DNA of 64,000 nucleotides from Eledone cirrhosa (Eukaryota): NCBI GenBank assembly GCA_964016885.1, contig OZ024740.1, positions 169,198,001 to 169,262,000 of the forward strand, read 5' to 3'. Shown piece by piece: positions 20,225 to 32,814 of this stretch (position 1 is its first letter; each line of letters starts with the position of its first letter). The notes under the pieces were generated by a model. It saw only the letters and a program-made list of their open reading frames with translations, ran no database searches and was not told where the DNA came from. The position numbers and the translations under genes were made by a program.

Positions 20225-23116
20225 AACTAGTCTGTGTACAATTATAATATGCTGCAACATTAAAAGGACGCTTAAGTGCTGCCCCCATAAAAGTGTCGCC
20301 CGCCCCACTCTAGCTACGCGACTGTGTTTAAGCAAGTTGTAATTTTATTGTATATTTTATGTATTTTCATTTCGTAAAGAAATCAGAAGTTTGCATAAAA
20401 CAAGTTGCATGTTATTGTATCATTTTATGTATTTCCATTTTGTCTTGATAGTTAAATCAACCCCATTGATATTTCCTTCGACCAGCTTAGTAGTTCTATC
20501 GAATCCTTGGAGAGTTCTATCGACATTTTGAAGACGATACCAATCACTTTTGGGGTCCTTGAATAAGGTAATGTAGTCCTGGATCCATTGTTTCAAAATA
20601 AAATAGGATGAACGTTTTGATCTGAGCTGAAAACAACCTATATGGGTACATATCTGTCTCACTCGACCTACTAGAAACAGCAATCAAATTTCTCTTAAAT
20701 TCACGAAGAGTATATTTGATAATGTATTATCATATACACGATGCTTGGAAGATAATACGGGAGGGTCATGGCTAGAATGAGTTTGGTTATTGCTCCGCTT
20801 AATGAAAGGCCGAAATGTGACTAAACATCATCATCATCAACAACAACAATATGAACCTAAACTTAAAGACTCCGTATAGCTACAACTAGGAACATTAAGA
20901 TATATAAATAAACTAATACAAACAGATATATAATGTAATCGTTAAGAATACAATAGACTGCTTTATTTGTCCTCTGGCAACTTAATTTGTGCGACTGACA
21001 GTTTTCCAAATGCCAGCAAAGCTAATAAAATATAGTAAAATAAAATAACAAAATACACGTATTGTATTCTTTCTCACAGCCTTTCACAATTCTTTTAATA
21101 TAGCTGAACGTTCACGAAAATCTCGCTACTACGTCATTATTTTAAAGCTAGTGGATCCCGTGCCGTCAATAATGACGCCAAAAACGTTGAACGCGGTTAA
21201 TGTTTCGATCCAGGATTGGTATATCATATATACTAGGATTACTGGGTATAGGGACAATAATTTCAAACTGGGAAATTTGTGATTTGATAAATCAACCAAT
21301 AATTATATATTTCTCCCGTAACTATCAAAACACGCATCTATTTGTATATACACTACAATTTATGAACATGTTATGTTTATCGCATATACAAGTTTTTACA
21401 CCTTGGTTGATATTTGATAATAACAGTTAAACTAATCACTACAACTAAATTGACCGAATTACCCCCCCCCCCACTAATTCAGAAATGCTTCCACCGCCCC
21501 TGTATATATATATATATATATATACAAACACACGATGCATTATGGTTGATGATTCATGTTAGATTTAGAAAAAGTAATGAAGTTAGCCTTAATATCTGCC
21601 TATCTAGAAAGATATCTATAATACTACTTCAAAAACAAACAAAAACACTACCACCACCAACATCAAAGAGAATAATAGAAAGAAGATTACAGAACAAAAC
21701 AAAAACAAACTAATAGACAAACTGTTCCCTCCACCCAAGAAAAAAATTAACACAGAAACAACACAAAAACAACTTAGAATTTAGGACACCGCCTCTTTCT
21801 TCCAAGAAATAGACGTGGGAATATAACGTAATAGTAGAAGTCAATTTTACATTGAGAGAGAAAGAGAGGGAGAAAAGAGAGTGTTTGTGTGGTGTCGCAG
21901 ATTCTATTTTTACCGCCGTCACAACGAAACAACATGGTTATCTTTCTCATGCAACATGCCACTGTTTAAAAAAAAACAAAAATAAATTAATGTATTTGGG
22001 ATGATGTGAAAAGAAAAAAAAAATGCTCATGGAATGCATTTGAACTTGAATCTCTTCATTTGGGGCTGACATGGTCTGAAACAACAATAAACGTATGTTG
22101 CTATTACTGTTATTGCTATTATCTATGTTGTTGCTATTATCTGCACTTGTTCGCGTTGTTGTTGCTACTGCAGTTGTTGTTGTTGGTCGTGCTGCTGTTG
22201 CTAATGAAGTTATTGTTGCTGTTGCTGCTATTATTATTGCCTTTATCGGTGTTGTTGCCTTTGTCACGGGGTTATGTTGAATACGCTCTGAGTTCAAATC
22301 CGGATGGACTTGCGAACTTGTTAAAGGGTTGGCTGGGATACTTTGCGGTATCTAATCCGACTCTGTGCGTTTTGGGTTCAAACTCGCTTTTTTCGGACAG
22401 GAGATCATTTTCATTAAGTATTAGAGACTAATTAACCTTTAATTAATATTAAACTACTCCTTAATTTGTTGAGTTGTACCAGACGGGCGATTGGTTGCTA
22501 TTTCTAGCGACATTATAAGCCTGACCCATAATCCTAATATGCTAGTGGATTTCGATAACGAAACACTACGCGTGTCTTCATTCCAGCATTCTGCCTCCGC
22601 CAATGAAACAGTATGAATGATATTTTGTTAAATTTCTCTTAGCTCTTGAAGAATTAAAACTCCTCCGAAGAGGATAGCGGATTCTTCAATTATTGGTGGT
22701 TCCAATAAGAATTTTCCCCCATATGAAACCATGGTAGGGAGATCTATATTTAAGCGAGTTTAGATAGAATAGTTTGTACTCCTATAAATAGAGTTTTTTC
22801 TCACTTAATTTATATATATATATAAATATCCAAGGAAAACTTGAACCGTTAAGGTATCTTTTCTTGGTTATGTCAAAATTTATAAAACAAATTTTGTATT
22901 TTATCTGATGAAAGCGTACCAAAGTTTTGGTACCCTTGAAATATATATAATAGAATAAATATGGTTTTATAAATATAGTTTCCATTTATTTAATATCATT
23001 ATATATATATATATATATATTTATTTTAAAGTTGCGACGTTAAACAAAAAAAAACGTGGAAGCGAAGAGGCAGTACAAAAGTTATTAGTGTCACGCTTGA
23101 GAGTGGGGGCTGGGGG

Positions 23117-23150
23117 ACGACGTTTCGGTCATAAGCCCTTCATCAGGAAG
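23117..23150 (-). ncRNA. Minimal hammerhead-like motif (helix I poorly supported)
   Basis: Minus strand reads CTGATGA-A GGGC TTAT GACC-GAAA-CGTC, with palindromic ACGT. It lies in a ~350-bp segment that ends at a TA run. Confidence 0.55.
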
Positions 23151-23389
23151 AGAGTTCCGAGGGTGTGTGGGGGAGTGGTGGAAAGCCATTAAAAAAAATA
23201 GTTAAAAGGGGGGGGGGGCAGGGGAGGAAAAGGAAGTGTTTGGAGAGTAAAAAAATTCAAATTAAAAGAAACAAGTGGTGAAAGGGTGTGAGGCGTGGAG
23301 TGGGGAGGGGAGAGGGAGACAGGGGGTCCGAACGGGAGGGCTGAAGGTGGTGTGTGTGTGTGAGAATGTGAGAGTTGGGGATATATATA

Positions 23390-23830
23390 TGCGATGCTGC
23401 ATGGTAGTGAAACATGGGCTGCAACTGCGGGGGATATGCGACGGCTGGAGAGAAATGAAGCAAGCATGCTCCGTTGGATGTGCAATGTCAATGTGCGTGA
23501 ACGACCAAGCATAGATGAGTTGAGAGAGAAACTGTGTATAAGAGGGATAGGCTGTAGTGTGCGGGAGAGAAGACTGTGTTGGTATGGACATGTGATACAC
23601 ATGGAGGATGACCGCTGGGTAAAGAAGTGGCAAAAAATCCCAGTAGAAGGAAGACGCAGTAGACGAAGACCACGAAAATCACGGGGGGATGTGGTGAGAG
23701 CTGACCTCAGATCGCTGAAGCTCACGGAGGAGATGACGAAGGACCGTGACGAATGGAGAGATGCTGTACTGAATAGGACCCATCCCAGCCTTGCAAGCAG
23801 TGAAAAGCGGACATAAAATGATGATATATA
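23390..23830 (+). mobile_element. RTE-clade LINE 3' fragment
   Basis: MLHGSETW...EASMLRWMC...RRLCWYGHVIHME...VEGRRSRRRPRK is a typical RTE ORF2 C-terminus. Confidence 0.88.
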
Positions 23831-25254
23831 CTCTGCCTGCGCATCGAGTGCTCGTTTTCGTGCCACCCATAGAAATTCACTGAATCACATACTATATATA
23901 TATATCCAGTGATATCGATCTTGTTTTCAATTTGCTCAGCAATTTCATTTGGAGTACACGCATATGATTAATTGTATGACAACATTTCCAGCCAAAAGCC
24001 TAACCTATGATAACAGCGTAATTATTAAGTTAACATATTAGCATATGAAATCTTTAAGGTACTCACAATTTCATCGATTAAAACAGCCAGTATCCTCCTA
24101 GTTTAGCACACGCAAATTCGCCGGAGTACAAAAAAAGTACACACACACACACATATGACGAGGGAAGTAATAATTCGTTCAAACTTAAGCACATAGCCAG
24201 CAATCAGGAGGAAGGGAAAGTCGATGATATGGATCCCAATACTTAACTAGTATTTGATTTTATCGACTTCGTAAGAATGAATAACAAATTTGACCTCGGC
24301 GGGATTTGAACTCGGAATATAATGGGTGATAATTAAATGCTCAAACAATCCAGCAAATCCGCTACCCCGTTGAGTGGAGTAATAATGCCTTCAGCTATTT
24401 ATTTCGACTCTACGCTCTAAGTTCAAATCCTTCCGAGGTTAACTTTACTTTTTATATTTTTAGGTCGTTAAAAAAGTACCAACCCAAGTGTCGTGGTTTA
24501 AATTTTATTAGCATTTTTTCTTTAAATGATTATTACTTCATTCATCAATTTTTTTTTTCAAAATGGAATGATACCAATCTCGCGATCGGACCTAGGAAGC
24601 AATGTTTCTGTTAGTCTTTCCATTGTTGATATTAGCTGACCGTTACAACTCTTGGCAATAGCTTTTCCTGTGGCAGGATGTGGGATTCGAACACAGAATT
24701 CACAAAGTATCCCATTTGACTCTGTAGAGCAAGGATATACTTGACTTTGAACGTCGTATCAAGGATCATATAATGAAAACGTGATGGGAGACTATATATG
24801 GGGGCTGATTCATGAAAGCAATTTGCAGCTTAACCGTAAATCCTGAAAACCCACTCACTTCTAAGTTTTTTTTGTATAATCCTAGAATAAATAAATGCTA
24901 CTTTTTGATCATATGTCGTTTTATTCCTACATTGCTTGAACGAATATGTTCACATTTGGCAGTTTACCCAATGGGTTTAGATAAATCTAGAAATATCATT
25001 TCCATGGCCATAAAAGCAAAGTTTTGGGGAAAAATTAGCAATTTTTCATAGTTTCTAGGCATAAGCAAGTAAAAAAATAATAGTTGCTACCCATGTAATC
25101 TGTACTTGTAATTCAAAGAGCCAGCCTTGTCAAACGCAGTGACACACTGAATCTCCCTGAGAGAGAATGAGCCGAAAGTTGCTAATCTGCGTAGGTAGGC
25201 TTAACAAAATTGTCAGAATATCTCAATATTTGCTTCTTTTATTTTTCAGACAGA

Positions 25255-25321
25255 ATGTTCAAGTACGTAGTGATATTTTTATGTTTCACTGTCCTGTTCA
25301 CGTACAGCCTTTCTAACAACG
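25255..25321 (+). CDS. Triple-Kunitz secreted protein, exon 1 (signal peptide)
   Basis: Acceptor tttttcAG at 25248-25249, ATG at 25255, hydrophobic leader MFKYVVIFLCFTVLFTYSLSNN, GTAAGT donor. Phase 1 matches the next exon. Confidence 0.85.
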
Positions 25322-25526
25322 GTAAGTGCGTCTTACTAATTTGTTCCCTCGCAGAATTTATTTATTGTCGTTATTTATCTAAGTACTAAGTTCTGTGTGT
25401 TGTGTTTGCATCATCTCAATCAACAAATAATGTTATAAGCAGGATTAAACATGCCACATCGGTAGTATGTATCCACTATTAATATGGGATCGCGTCTGAC
25501 ACGATGAAGTTGTGTGTCTGTGTGTG

Positions 25527-25569
<43 letters not shown>

Positions 25570-25578
25570 AATAGAAAT

Positions 25579-25634
25579 GGCTTCTACAGGACTAGAACTG
25601 TTTCATTCGGGAGAAATGAAATCATCAGGAGGCC
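25579..25634 (-). ncRNA. Type I hammerhead (family A, left arm)
   Basis: GGCCTC-CTGATGA-tttcatttctcccgaat-GAAA-CAG ttctagtc CTG-TA^GAAGCC. Helix I pairs at 5 of 6 positions and helix III is 3 bp plus A-U. Confidence 0.72.
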
Positions 25635-25639
25635 TTGAT

Positions 25640-25690
25640 GGGCCCCTGATGATTTCTCCCGAATGAAACAGTTCTAGTCCTGTAGAAGCT
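25640..25690 (+). ncRNA. Type I hammerhead (family A, right arm; weak helix I)
   Basis: CTGATGA-T TTC TCCC GAA T-GAAA-CAG ttctagtc CTG-TA^GAAGCT. Confidence 0.68.
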
Positions 25691-26476
25691 ATTTCTATAT
25701 TAAATATTTATACTCTGCCATGTATTGAGTTCCTTACTTACTGTGGTTACCCCCGATTAAACCCGGGATAAACTTATATATATATATAATGTTTTGTCTC
25801 TCGTCTCTTACTCTACTGGACAATGTTTGGCTTATGTCAGACACTGTGACCCTGGATGGTCCAACAGTACCGTTAACAGGGGTCGAAACTGCCAAAGTCC
25901 ATTTCCAACGGCTGATGACTATGGAGTTGCTCTTCGTTAGTATTTTTATTTAAAAAAAAGAATTTTTTAAGGTTTCCCCGTAAAAAATTGTTTTTCGTTT
26001 TGGTTTTGTTTCCGTTCGTTGTCTAGTCCTATCTCTGTTAATTTTCTTAAGTTTATATAATTTTCTTAAGTTTACATAGATCAATAATAGAATGGACATA
26101 CGGGGAACTACCTCCCAGAAACGATCGTAAAATAATGAGTTTTACTATGAATTAACCGTTTTTTGTTTAGTTTCATTGTTTTAATATTTCTATGTTTATA
26201 TATATATAAATAAAATGTGAAACTAAGGGAAATAACTCTGTTAGTGTCAGTTTATGAAAAATATAGTTAGGAGGGAGTGTTTGTCCTCATCTGGAGATGA
26301 AGACATTTTGGTTCTTTATGTATAGGAATGGTGTATGAAGGACAGACACTATACTTGGAGAACATTTTTGTTGTAGATTATGGGTTAGGTAGAGCTCCAG
26401 CAGCAACTACTATCTGATAGGACGCCACCGATTTAAGGATCGGGAGACAGAGCCCGTAGACAGACATCGTGTAGTA

Positions 26477-26642
26477 CAGGCATGTCAAACTGAGGGTTCC
26501 CCGAGGACCACATCGGGCACATATGTGTTGTCTGAGGGCCACACATGACAACTAATTGTGCACATTACAACTAATATTTTTTATTTTATATTACGCTCGC
26601 GCTGTAAAAACCTTTGTGCGGGCCTCATGTTTGACATGTCTG
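26477..26642. mobile_element. hAT-type MITE
   Basis: TIRs CAGGCATGTCAAAC / GTTTGACATGTCTG and an exact 8-bp TSD GTGTAGTA at 26469-26476 and 26643-26650. Confidence 0.92.
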
Positions 26643-27934
26643 GTGTAGTAGATACTTGCAACAAAAGTTTGATTTATGTATAGTCCTCTAGCTCAGCGTG
26701 TCTAGACCTCGGGTCTGCGGACCCCATGCAGTACTAGAGGTCCGAAAACTAAATCTAAATTTCCAAGTACTTTGTCAATGGTAAAATTCATTTAAAGAGA
26801 AGGGGTTACTGGAAAAGAAAAAGTTGTAAACCATTGCGAATCTAGATCGAGAAAATCCATTATGTGGATTTAATTTCACAGATGAACAAGTTATTTGATG
26901 TATTTAGGCAAATGAGAATGCTTTCTGACCGTCCGATCAACATGAACATCCCCACCCAGACAATAGATTCCACTGAGTTGACAGTAATGCACAGAAGTCA
27001 CCCCATTATGCAATATATCAACTGTTCACAAATAACTAAAATTATTTACCGCACTGCACTCATTAACTCTTTTGCTACCAACACGTCTGAAAACGCCTCT
27101 GGTTCAACGGTACAAAACTGTTTGAAAGTGTTTGTTTATTTAAAAATCTTCCATCATAACTTTTTGTAAGAGCTTTAAGTTGTTCCAAACACCAAATTAA
27201 TAATGAGAAAGTTATATGACTAAATCCGCTATTTTAATCTAAACTTCCTTATCATGTTCACTTTAGCTGCTATATCAATTAATCAGCTTAGATAAATATA
27301 AAACCTCATAAAAAATGTGATTTTTACACAGCTCTTTGTTGTAGTATATCTAAAGCAATTAAATATGAACACTCAAACGGGATAAGATATGTAAGCTGAC
27401 GAAATATTTGTAGAAATAGTCGAGAAAATAGAAATACATGCTTTGGTTTCATTTTATAAGTTCAAATTTCATCGCAGTCTGTATCACCCAATCTAAAAAA
27501 GTACATTAGACAAGAAAAAATTTAATTCCAAAGAGTGGAAACATGAACATTATCCTCTGAAAGTTCCTTAAACCCTGAAGGAGGGACTTTTAGATCTCGA
27601 AATATTGGACAGAAGAAAGAACAGCAACAACAAAAAAAAAAACGAAGATTAGGAGGTAACTTACTTTTTCGTTACCTCATCTTACAGTCCATTTTTGTAT
27701 TGTTTAGTTTTCTATCTCTTTCCATGTTATAATGTTCCCATTATTTACAATAAGTTGTTATACTCAAAATGGAAATTTACAGCTATTACGAATGTTCTAG
27801 TTACGAATACAGATGGGCACCAGTGATGGGTACGTACCGTCCACACTTCAGTTGAGAAGCCGATATCTTATCGACCCATTCAGCCTCGGTGTTCAGCCGG
27901 CAGTACATTAACTACAATTATTATATACTACATG

Positions 27935-28140
27935 AGGGCGGAGCATTAACAGTATCAGTAGAATGTTTGCAATATTTAGACATGACTTTCAACGTTCTGG
28001 GTTCAAATTCCATCTAAGTCAACTTTGTATTTCTTCGTTTTGGAGTCGATAAAATATAGTACCTGTTAAGTACTGGGGTTGATATAATCGATTTTCCCCT
28101 TTTCCCAAATTGTTGGCTTTATGCCAATGGTAGAAAGAAA
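27935..28140 (+). mobile_element. SINE, degenerate, in Kunitz intron 1
   Basis: gggttcaaattcc B-box and gtcgataaaatatagtacc core. Confidence 0.7.
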
Positions 28141-28309
28141 GAATTATATGTTGTATGTTCTTTCATGTTATGTCGATTCTGTGACTGTCTCCAATCTACA
28201 TTTTAACAGTTTCAATTCATTTATAACATATATAGATCAATGAAATTCATTTGTTTTATTCAGTACAAATTTGAAAAGAATAAAGAATCTAAATATTTGT
28301 CTTTTTCAG

Positions 28310-28520
28310 TGTGTGAGTTGCCAGTGGATAATGGTAGATGTAATATGGAACCAGATTTACGTTGGTATTTTGATGCGAAATTAAAAACATGTAAGCAATT
28401 TATTTTTACATGTGGAGGGAATGGAAACAATTTCCGATCTTATGACGAATGCATTGGAGTATGTACAAATATTTGTACTTTGCCCGGAAAATTAGACACA
28501 GGCTTTCCATTTGTTAAAAG
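28310..28520 (+). CDS. Triple-Kunitz secreted protein, exon 2
   Basis: tttttcAG acceptor and GTaaac donor. Translates as VCELPVDNGRC...WYFD...CKQFIFTCGGNGNNFRSYDECIGVC followed by the start of domain 2. Phase 2 out. Confidence 0.93.
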
Positions 28521-29351
28521 GTAAACCATTTTCTCTTTAAACCAAATTTGTTCGTCTCAATTTATCATTTAATTTCGAAATGTCGTTGTTTGTACATTCG
28601 TCGATAAATTTTAAAGTACATTTACAATTTTGGGAAGAAAAGGGGAGAATTCACTGAAAGAAAGCTGTCTAACTATTAGACACGAAAAGGCACATTTTAA
28701 CAGAAATTATGCTGTTAATCATATATGTTATAGAGTGTAATGAAAAAGATTATATATTCCTGTTTTTATCCAATTCAACTTATGCTCTGAATTTAACTGT
28801 GACTAAATTTGTCTTCAAGTCCTCCGGGATCCGTAAAATACATTCTAGTAAATCATTAGCGTTGATATATTTTTATATTTCAAAACCCACATACATTTAG
28901 ATTAAATTGTATGAGATTGACTTTTAGGATTTTTATACCCAAGTATGTGTTGATTATATCTTATTTTGAACGTATTTTAAATCAAACTTGTAAAATAGTT
29001 AGAAGATAAATCATTGGCCACAATAAATATTGGAATTCAAACAAAATTTTGTGTATAACTAAAACTTAATTCAATCTTTTTGTTGTTACTGAAAATTAAA
29101 AAATTATTATTACATATTATATAATAACTGAAAGAAATTCACCTTCCATAGCTAATCAATTTTTGGTTGTGCAATTATATACAATATATTTATATATTCT
29201 ATATACAAACAGTTTTTAACCTCAATAGAAAATATATTCAAAGCAAATACTGATCTATGGATTCTTAGACTAATTGTCTCTATGGTACTATTAATGATCT
29301 TTCAATACAAGAAAAACATTTGTTCTATTTAATGTTCATTATTTTTTACAG

Positions 29352-29697
29352 GTATTACTTCAATCCAAAGAAGAATATATGTGCAGAATGTGTGATCACT
29401 GAAAGAAAAGGGAATAATAATATTTTTCTCAGTCTCGATAAATGTCAAAGTACTTGTATGAGTGTCTGCACACTGCCCCCGGAAACTGGCTTATGTCGTG
29501 CGATGTTCAAACGTTTCTACTTCAATTATAAATCGCAAGAATGTGAAACATTTATTTATGGAGGGTGTGGAGGAAATGGAAATAATTTCGAGGATATCAA
29601 GGATTGTAAACATGCGTGCCAGTATTTTAAAGTTTTAGATGTTCCTGACTATTTTGATAAATTTCTGGGGAAGTTTGGTAATAGGAAAATTGAATAA
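29352..29697 (+). CDS. Triple-Kunitz secreted protein, exon 3 (terminal)
   Basis: ttttacAG acceptor. Contains canonical Kunitz CTLPPETGLCRAMFKRFYFN...CETFIYGGCGGNGNNF...CKHAC, a TAA stop, and AATAAA near 29758. Spliced CDS is 624 nt, or 207 aa. Confidence 0.95.
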
Positions 29698-30701
29698 AAA
29701 AAAAAATATAGCACGATTTATCTTGTCATTGAAATTCACATTAAAAAACTTGATGAAAATAAACCCAAAATTTTAATGAGTCCATACAATGTATCTAAAA
29801 TGTACCTCATTCGTTCTCTATGTTGTTTCTATATTTAAAATAGAAACACGAACACATTTCCCTTTATAATACGATCAAATACAGTTTGAATAAAATAGCA
29901 AGCAGAAGTCTATTCTTCCTTCTTGAGAAATATCAAAGCAAAAATCTTTGGCAATTAAATAAAAAATAATATTAGATTCTGAAGATTGTTTATTGTTATT
30001 TACTTGAAAACGAATATTTGAAGGCAGAATCATTTTGCCAAATCTATAATTTGAGCAAAAAACGTCAGGTTGCAGAAATAAAAGTAAATGGTTAATGCCC
30101 ATGATATTAAACACTATAAGCACCATCAACAAACTAAAGGACAACAGAATCACTCGCGGTCTGAAGGTTTGACGGATTGGTTGCGCCAACACGTGTACCT
30201 GTTCACCATATACGCAATCCCACCTTCCCCGAGAAACGCCTACAATTAAGAAAAGGTGAGGCCACTCACAGGACTTTGTCCCTAGAAACCACACAGCTAA
30301 TTAGCAAAATGAACTCCTTTTTATGAACACTATCAATACTACTGCTGACATTACAGCTCGATTTATTTAGTGGTGTGAAAGTTATCGATACTGCAGAGAG
30401 TGTTGCTGTCGCTGTTGTTGGTGTTATCGTTGTTACAGCTATTGTAACCTGACATCAACGCCACACAGTACCAAATTCCACACACAAATAGGCATGACTA
30501 CGCACTGAAACACTTACATACGTACACACCCTCCCTTTATGTTTTGTTGAATCACCAGTTTGATGAGCAGATCGTTCGTGGAGTCGAGTCCATAACTTCT
30601 ATGGGTAAACTTGTGTTAATCATAAGCGATACAGGTCGATGCATTATAATAACACATGTAAACAAAACTTTTCTTTTATATATATAATTCAAAATTAAAA
30701 G

Positions 30702-30734
<33 letters not shown>

Positions 30735-30775
30735 AAGGTCCACCACCCCTCTCTCTCTCTCTCTCTATCTCTATC

Positions 30776-31219
30776 TATCTTTTAATTTTGAGCTTTTTAT
30801 TGAGAAGCACAAAAAATCGAACATATTTGATAAGTTTTGATACCTCATATTTGTGTGTATGTATATATATATATATATTGTTATACTTGGGGAGGGTCAT
30901 ATTTGTGTAATATTGCCAGAATTAATAACAGAACACACTCACTGTTTGGTTGGTTTTCACTTCTCGCTGTCTTTTATATCTGCGATCTAACTTAATCGGT
31001 CCTCAATGTTGCCATTGACTGACCGACGGTCAAAAATAATACAGATACAATATAGACAGATTAAGTTAGATCGCAGATATAAAAGACAGCGAGAAGCGAA
31101 AACCAACCAAACAGTGAGTGTGATCTGTTATTAATTTTGGCAATATTACACAAATATGACCCTCCCCAAGTATAACAATATTTGTTTCGACACACGATTT
31201 CATATAAAAAACCTCGCTA

Positions 31220-31253
<34 letters not shown>

Positions 31254-31590
31254 TAAATGTTAGATAAAAAAATACCAAATTCTTCAATAAATATATTTAA
31301 TGGCTTACAATTGTTTCAAAAATCGTATCACCATTATGAAAATTATCGATTATATAATCGATAATTTTCATAACACTGATATGATTTTTGAAACAATTAT
31401 AAGCCATTAAATATATTTATTGAAGAATTTGGTATTTTTTTATCTAACATTTAATTTATATATATATATATATATATATATACATACACACAAATATGAG
31501 GTATCAAAACTTATCAAATATGTTCGATTTTTTTGTGCTTCTCAATAAAAAAGCTCAAAATTAAAAGATAAATTTGGTATTGTTTCTCTA
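30776..31590. repeat. Nested fold-back complex of pLTR-like cassettes
   Basis: Outer inverted repeat at about 30776-30877 / 31470-31570. Inner palindrome 1 at about 30876-30997 / 31060-31181 is homologous to the PLE tail at 17940-18050 and to 48215-48420. Inner palindrome 2 spans 31251-31458. Confidence 0.85.
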
Positions 31591-31772
31591 ACATTTAATT
31601 ACTATATTAATGCGTTGCTTATATACTTTTTGCTTGACATTAGTTCTCTTACTTACTTACATTGTTCGTTTGTCTTGCATATAATACGGATTGAGCACAC
31701 TGTCCCCCTCACTACTGGCATATCATTGTCATACCTAATCTACTATCTCTCCTTGATTAGTTTGTACGCATA

Positions 31773-31803
<31 letters not shown>

Positions 31804-31869
31804 CAGTATATGTAGATAACCTATTATATCTAAATTACATATCGTAACACATATATTGTAATAACTATA

Positions 31870-32062
31870 TATAATTGTTTCTACATTTGGCACAAGGCCA
31901 GCAATTATCCCAGTGTATTACTGGTGCTTTATTTTATCGACCCCGTAAGGATGAAAGACAAAATTAACCTCGGCGGGATTTCAACTCAGACCATAAAGGG
32001 ACGCAACTCTTTGCTGCAAAGCATGGCGTCCGACCGACCCTCTGCCAATCCACCGCCCTTAA
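31870..32062 (-). mobile_element. SINE
   Basis: Reverse complement of the 6982-7172 family. Confidence 0.85.
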
Positions 32063-32709
32063 TAGTAATAACTATATATAATAGTAGAGAAAGTGTGTCA
32101 AAGGGTAGGGTAAAATTGCCACAAATCAAAGGACCGACAGAAACTGGGATGTGATAATAGCCAGTTAGGGTGTCATGTATGTATGTGATAATATAATTAA
32201 AGATGTGTCCATGTTGGGATCTCGACTATATCCTTGTTGCTTTGTGGAAGCTTGAGAAGCAAGCCGGGTCAGATCTGCTTCATTCTTAAGAAGTACGTAC
32301 GTATGTATGTATGTATGTATGTATGTATGTAGGCAGAATTCTAGGAGAAGGAAAACTCTGATATAACACCTGCAACCCTGATGGTATCCAATGATGTTGA
32401 CTTGTTCTTCTTTTTGGTAAATATCATCTTGGTTAAGAGAGTGGGACTGGCTTTGTGCAGTGCCTTTGCTCACTATAAAAGCTTCACGGCACAGGCATTG
32501 CTTTATATCTGGAGATCTCTCTGCACTTGTCGTCACATGGTACCATGGGCCCAGCACTATGTGTCAATAATTGTCACAGGTGTAGTGTTTGTACCAGAGT
32601 TTTCAAGTCGCTGGCTGGACTAAAAATTCACACTCGTTCAGCGCATCGGTAGGGTTTCTCCTACATGGATATAAAGTAGTGGCCGTACTCGAAAAGGAGT
32701 TGGCAGCAA

Positions 32710-32765
<56 letters not shown>

Positions 32766-32814
32766 GCACATATATATATGTATATACACAGGGTGTCCCA
32801 CAATGTATATATAC

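Larger units (their letters stand above)
25571..25780. mobile_element. Family A TA-embedded cassette with two divergent (head-to-head) hammerheads
   Basis: Inverted arms at 25571-25628 and 25646-25699. Related copies lie at 47330-47455, 53854-53985 and 60778-60960. Confidence 0.8.

Noticed and set aside
21947-22431. Leu/Thr/Asn-rich ORFs
   Set aside because: They come from degenerate (GTT/GCT/ATT)n trinucleotide repeats plus a SINE fragment, with no splice-consistent gene model.
22521-22576. GAAA-CAC-tacgc-GTG-TC helix-III-like motif
   Set aside because: No CTGANGA box or helix I was found upstream.
27573-27608. ctgaagga...gaaatatt hammerhead-like motif
   Set aside because: The core deviates from CUGANGA and helix I is only 2 bp.
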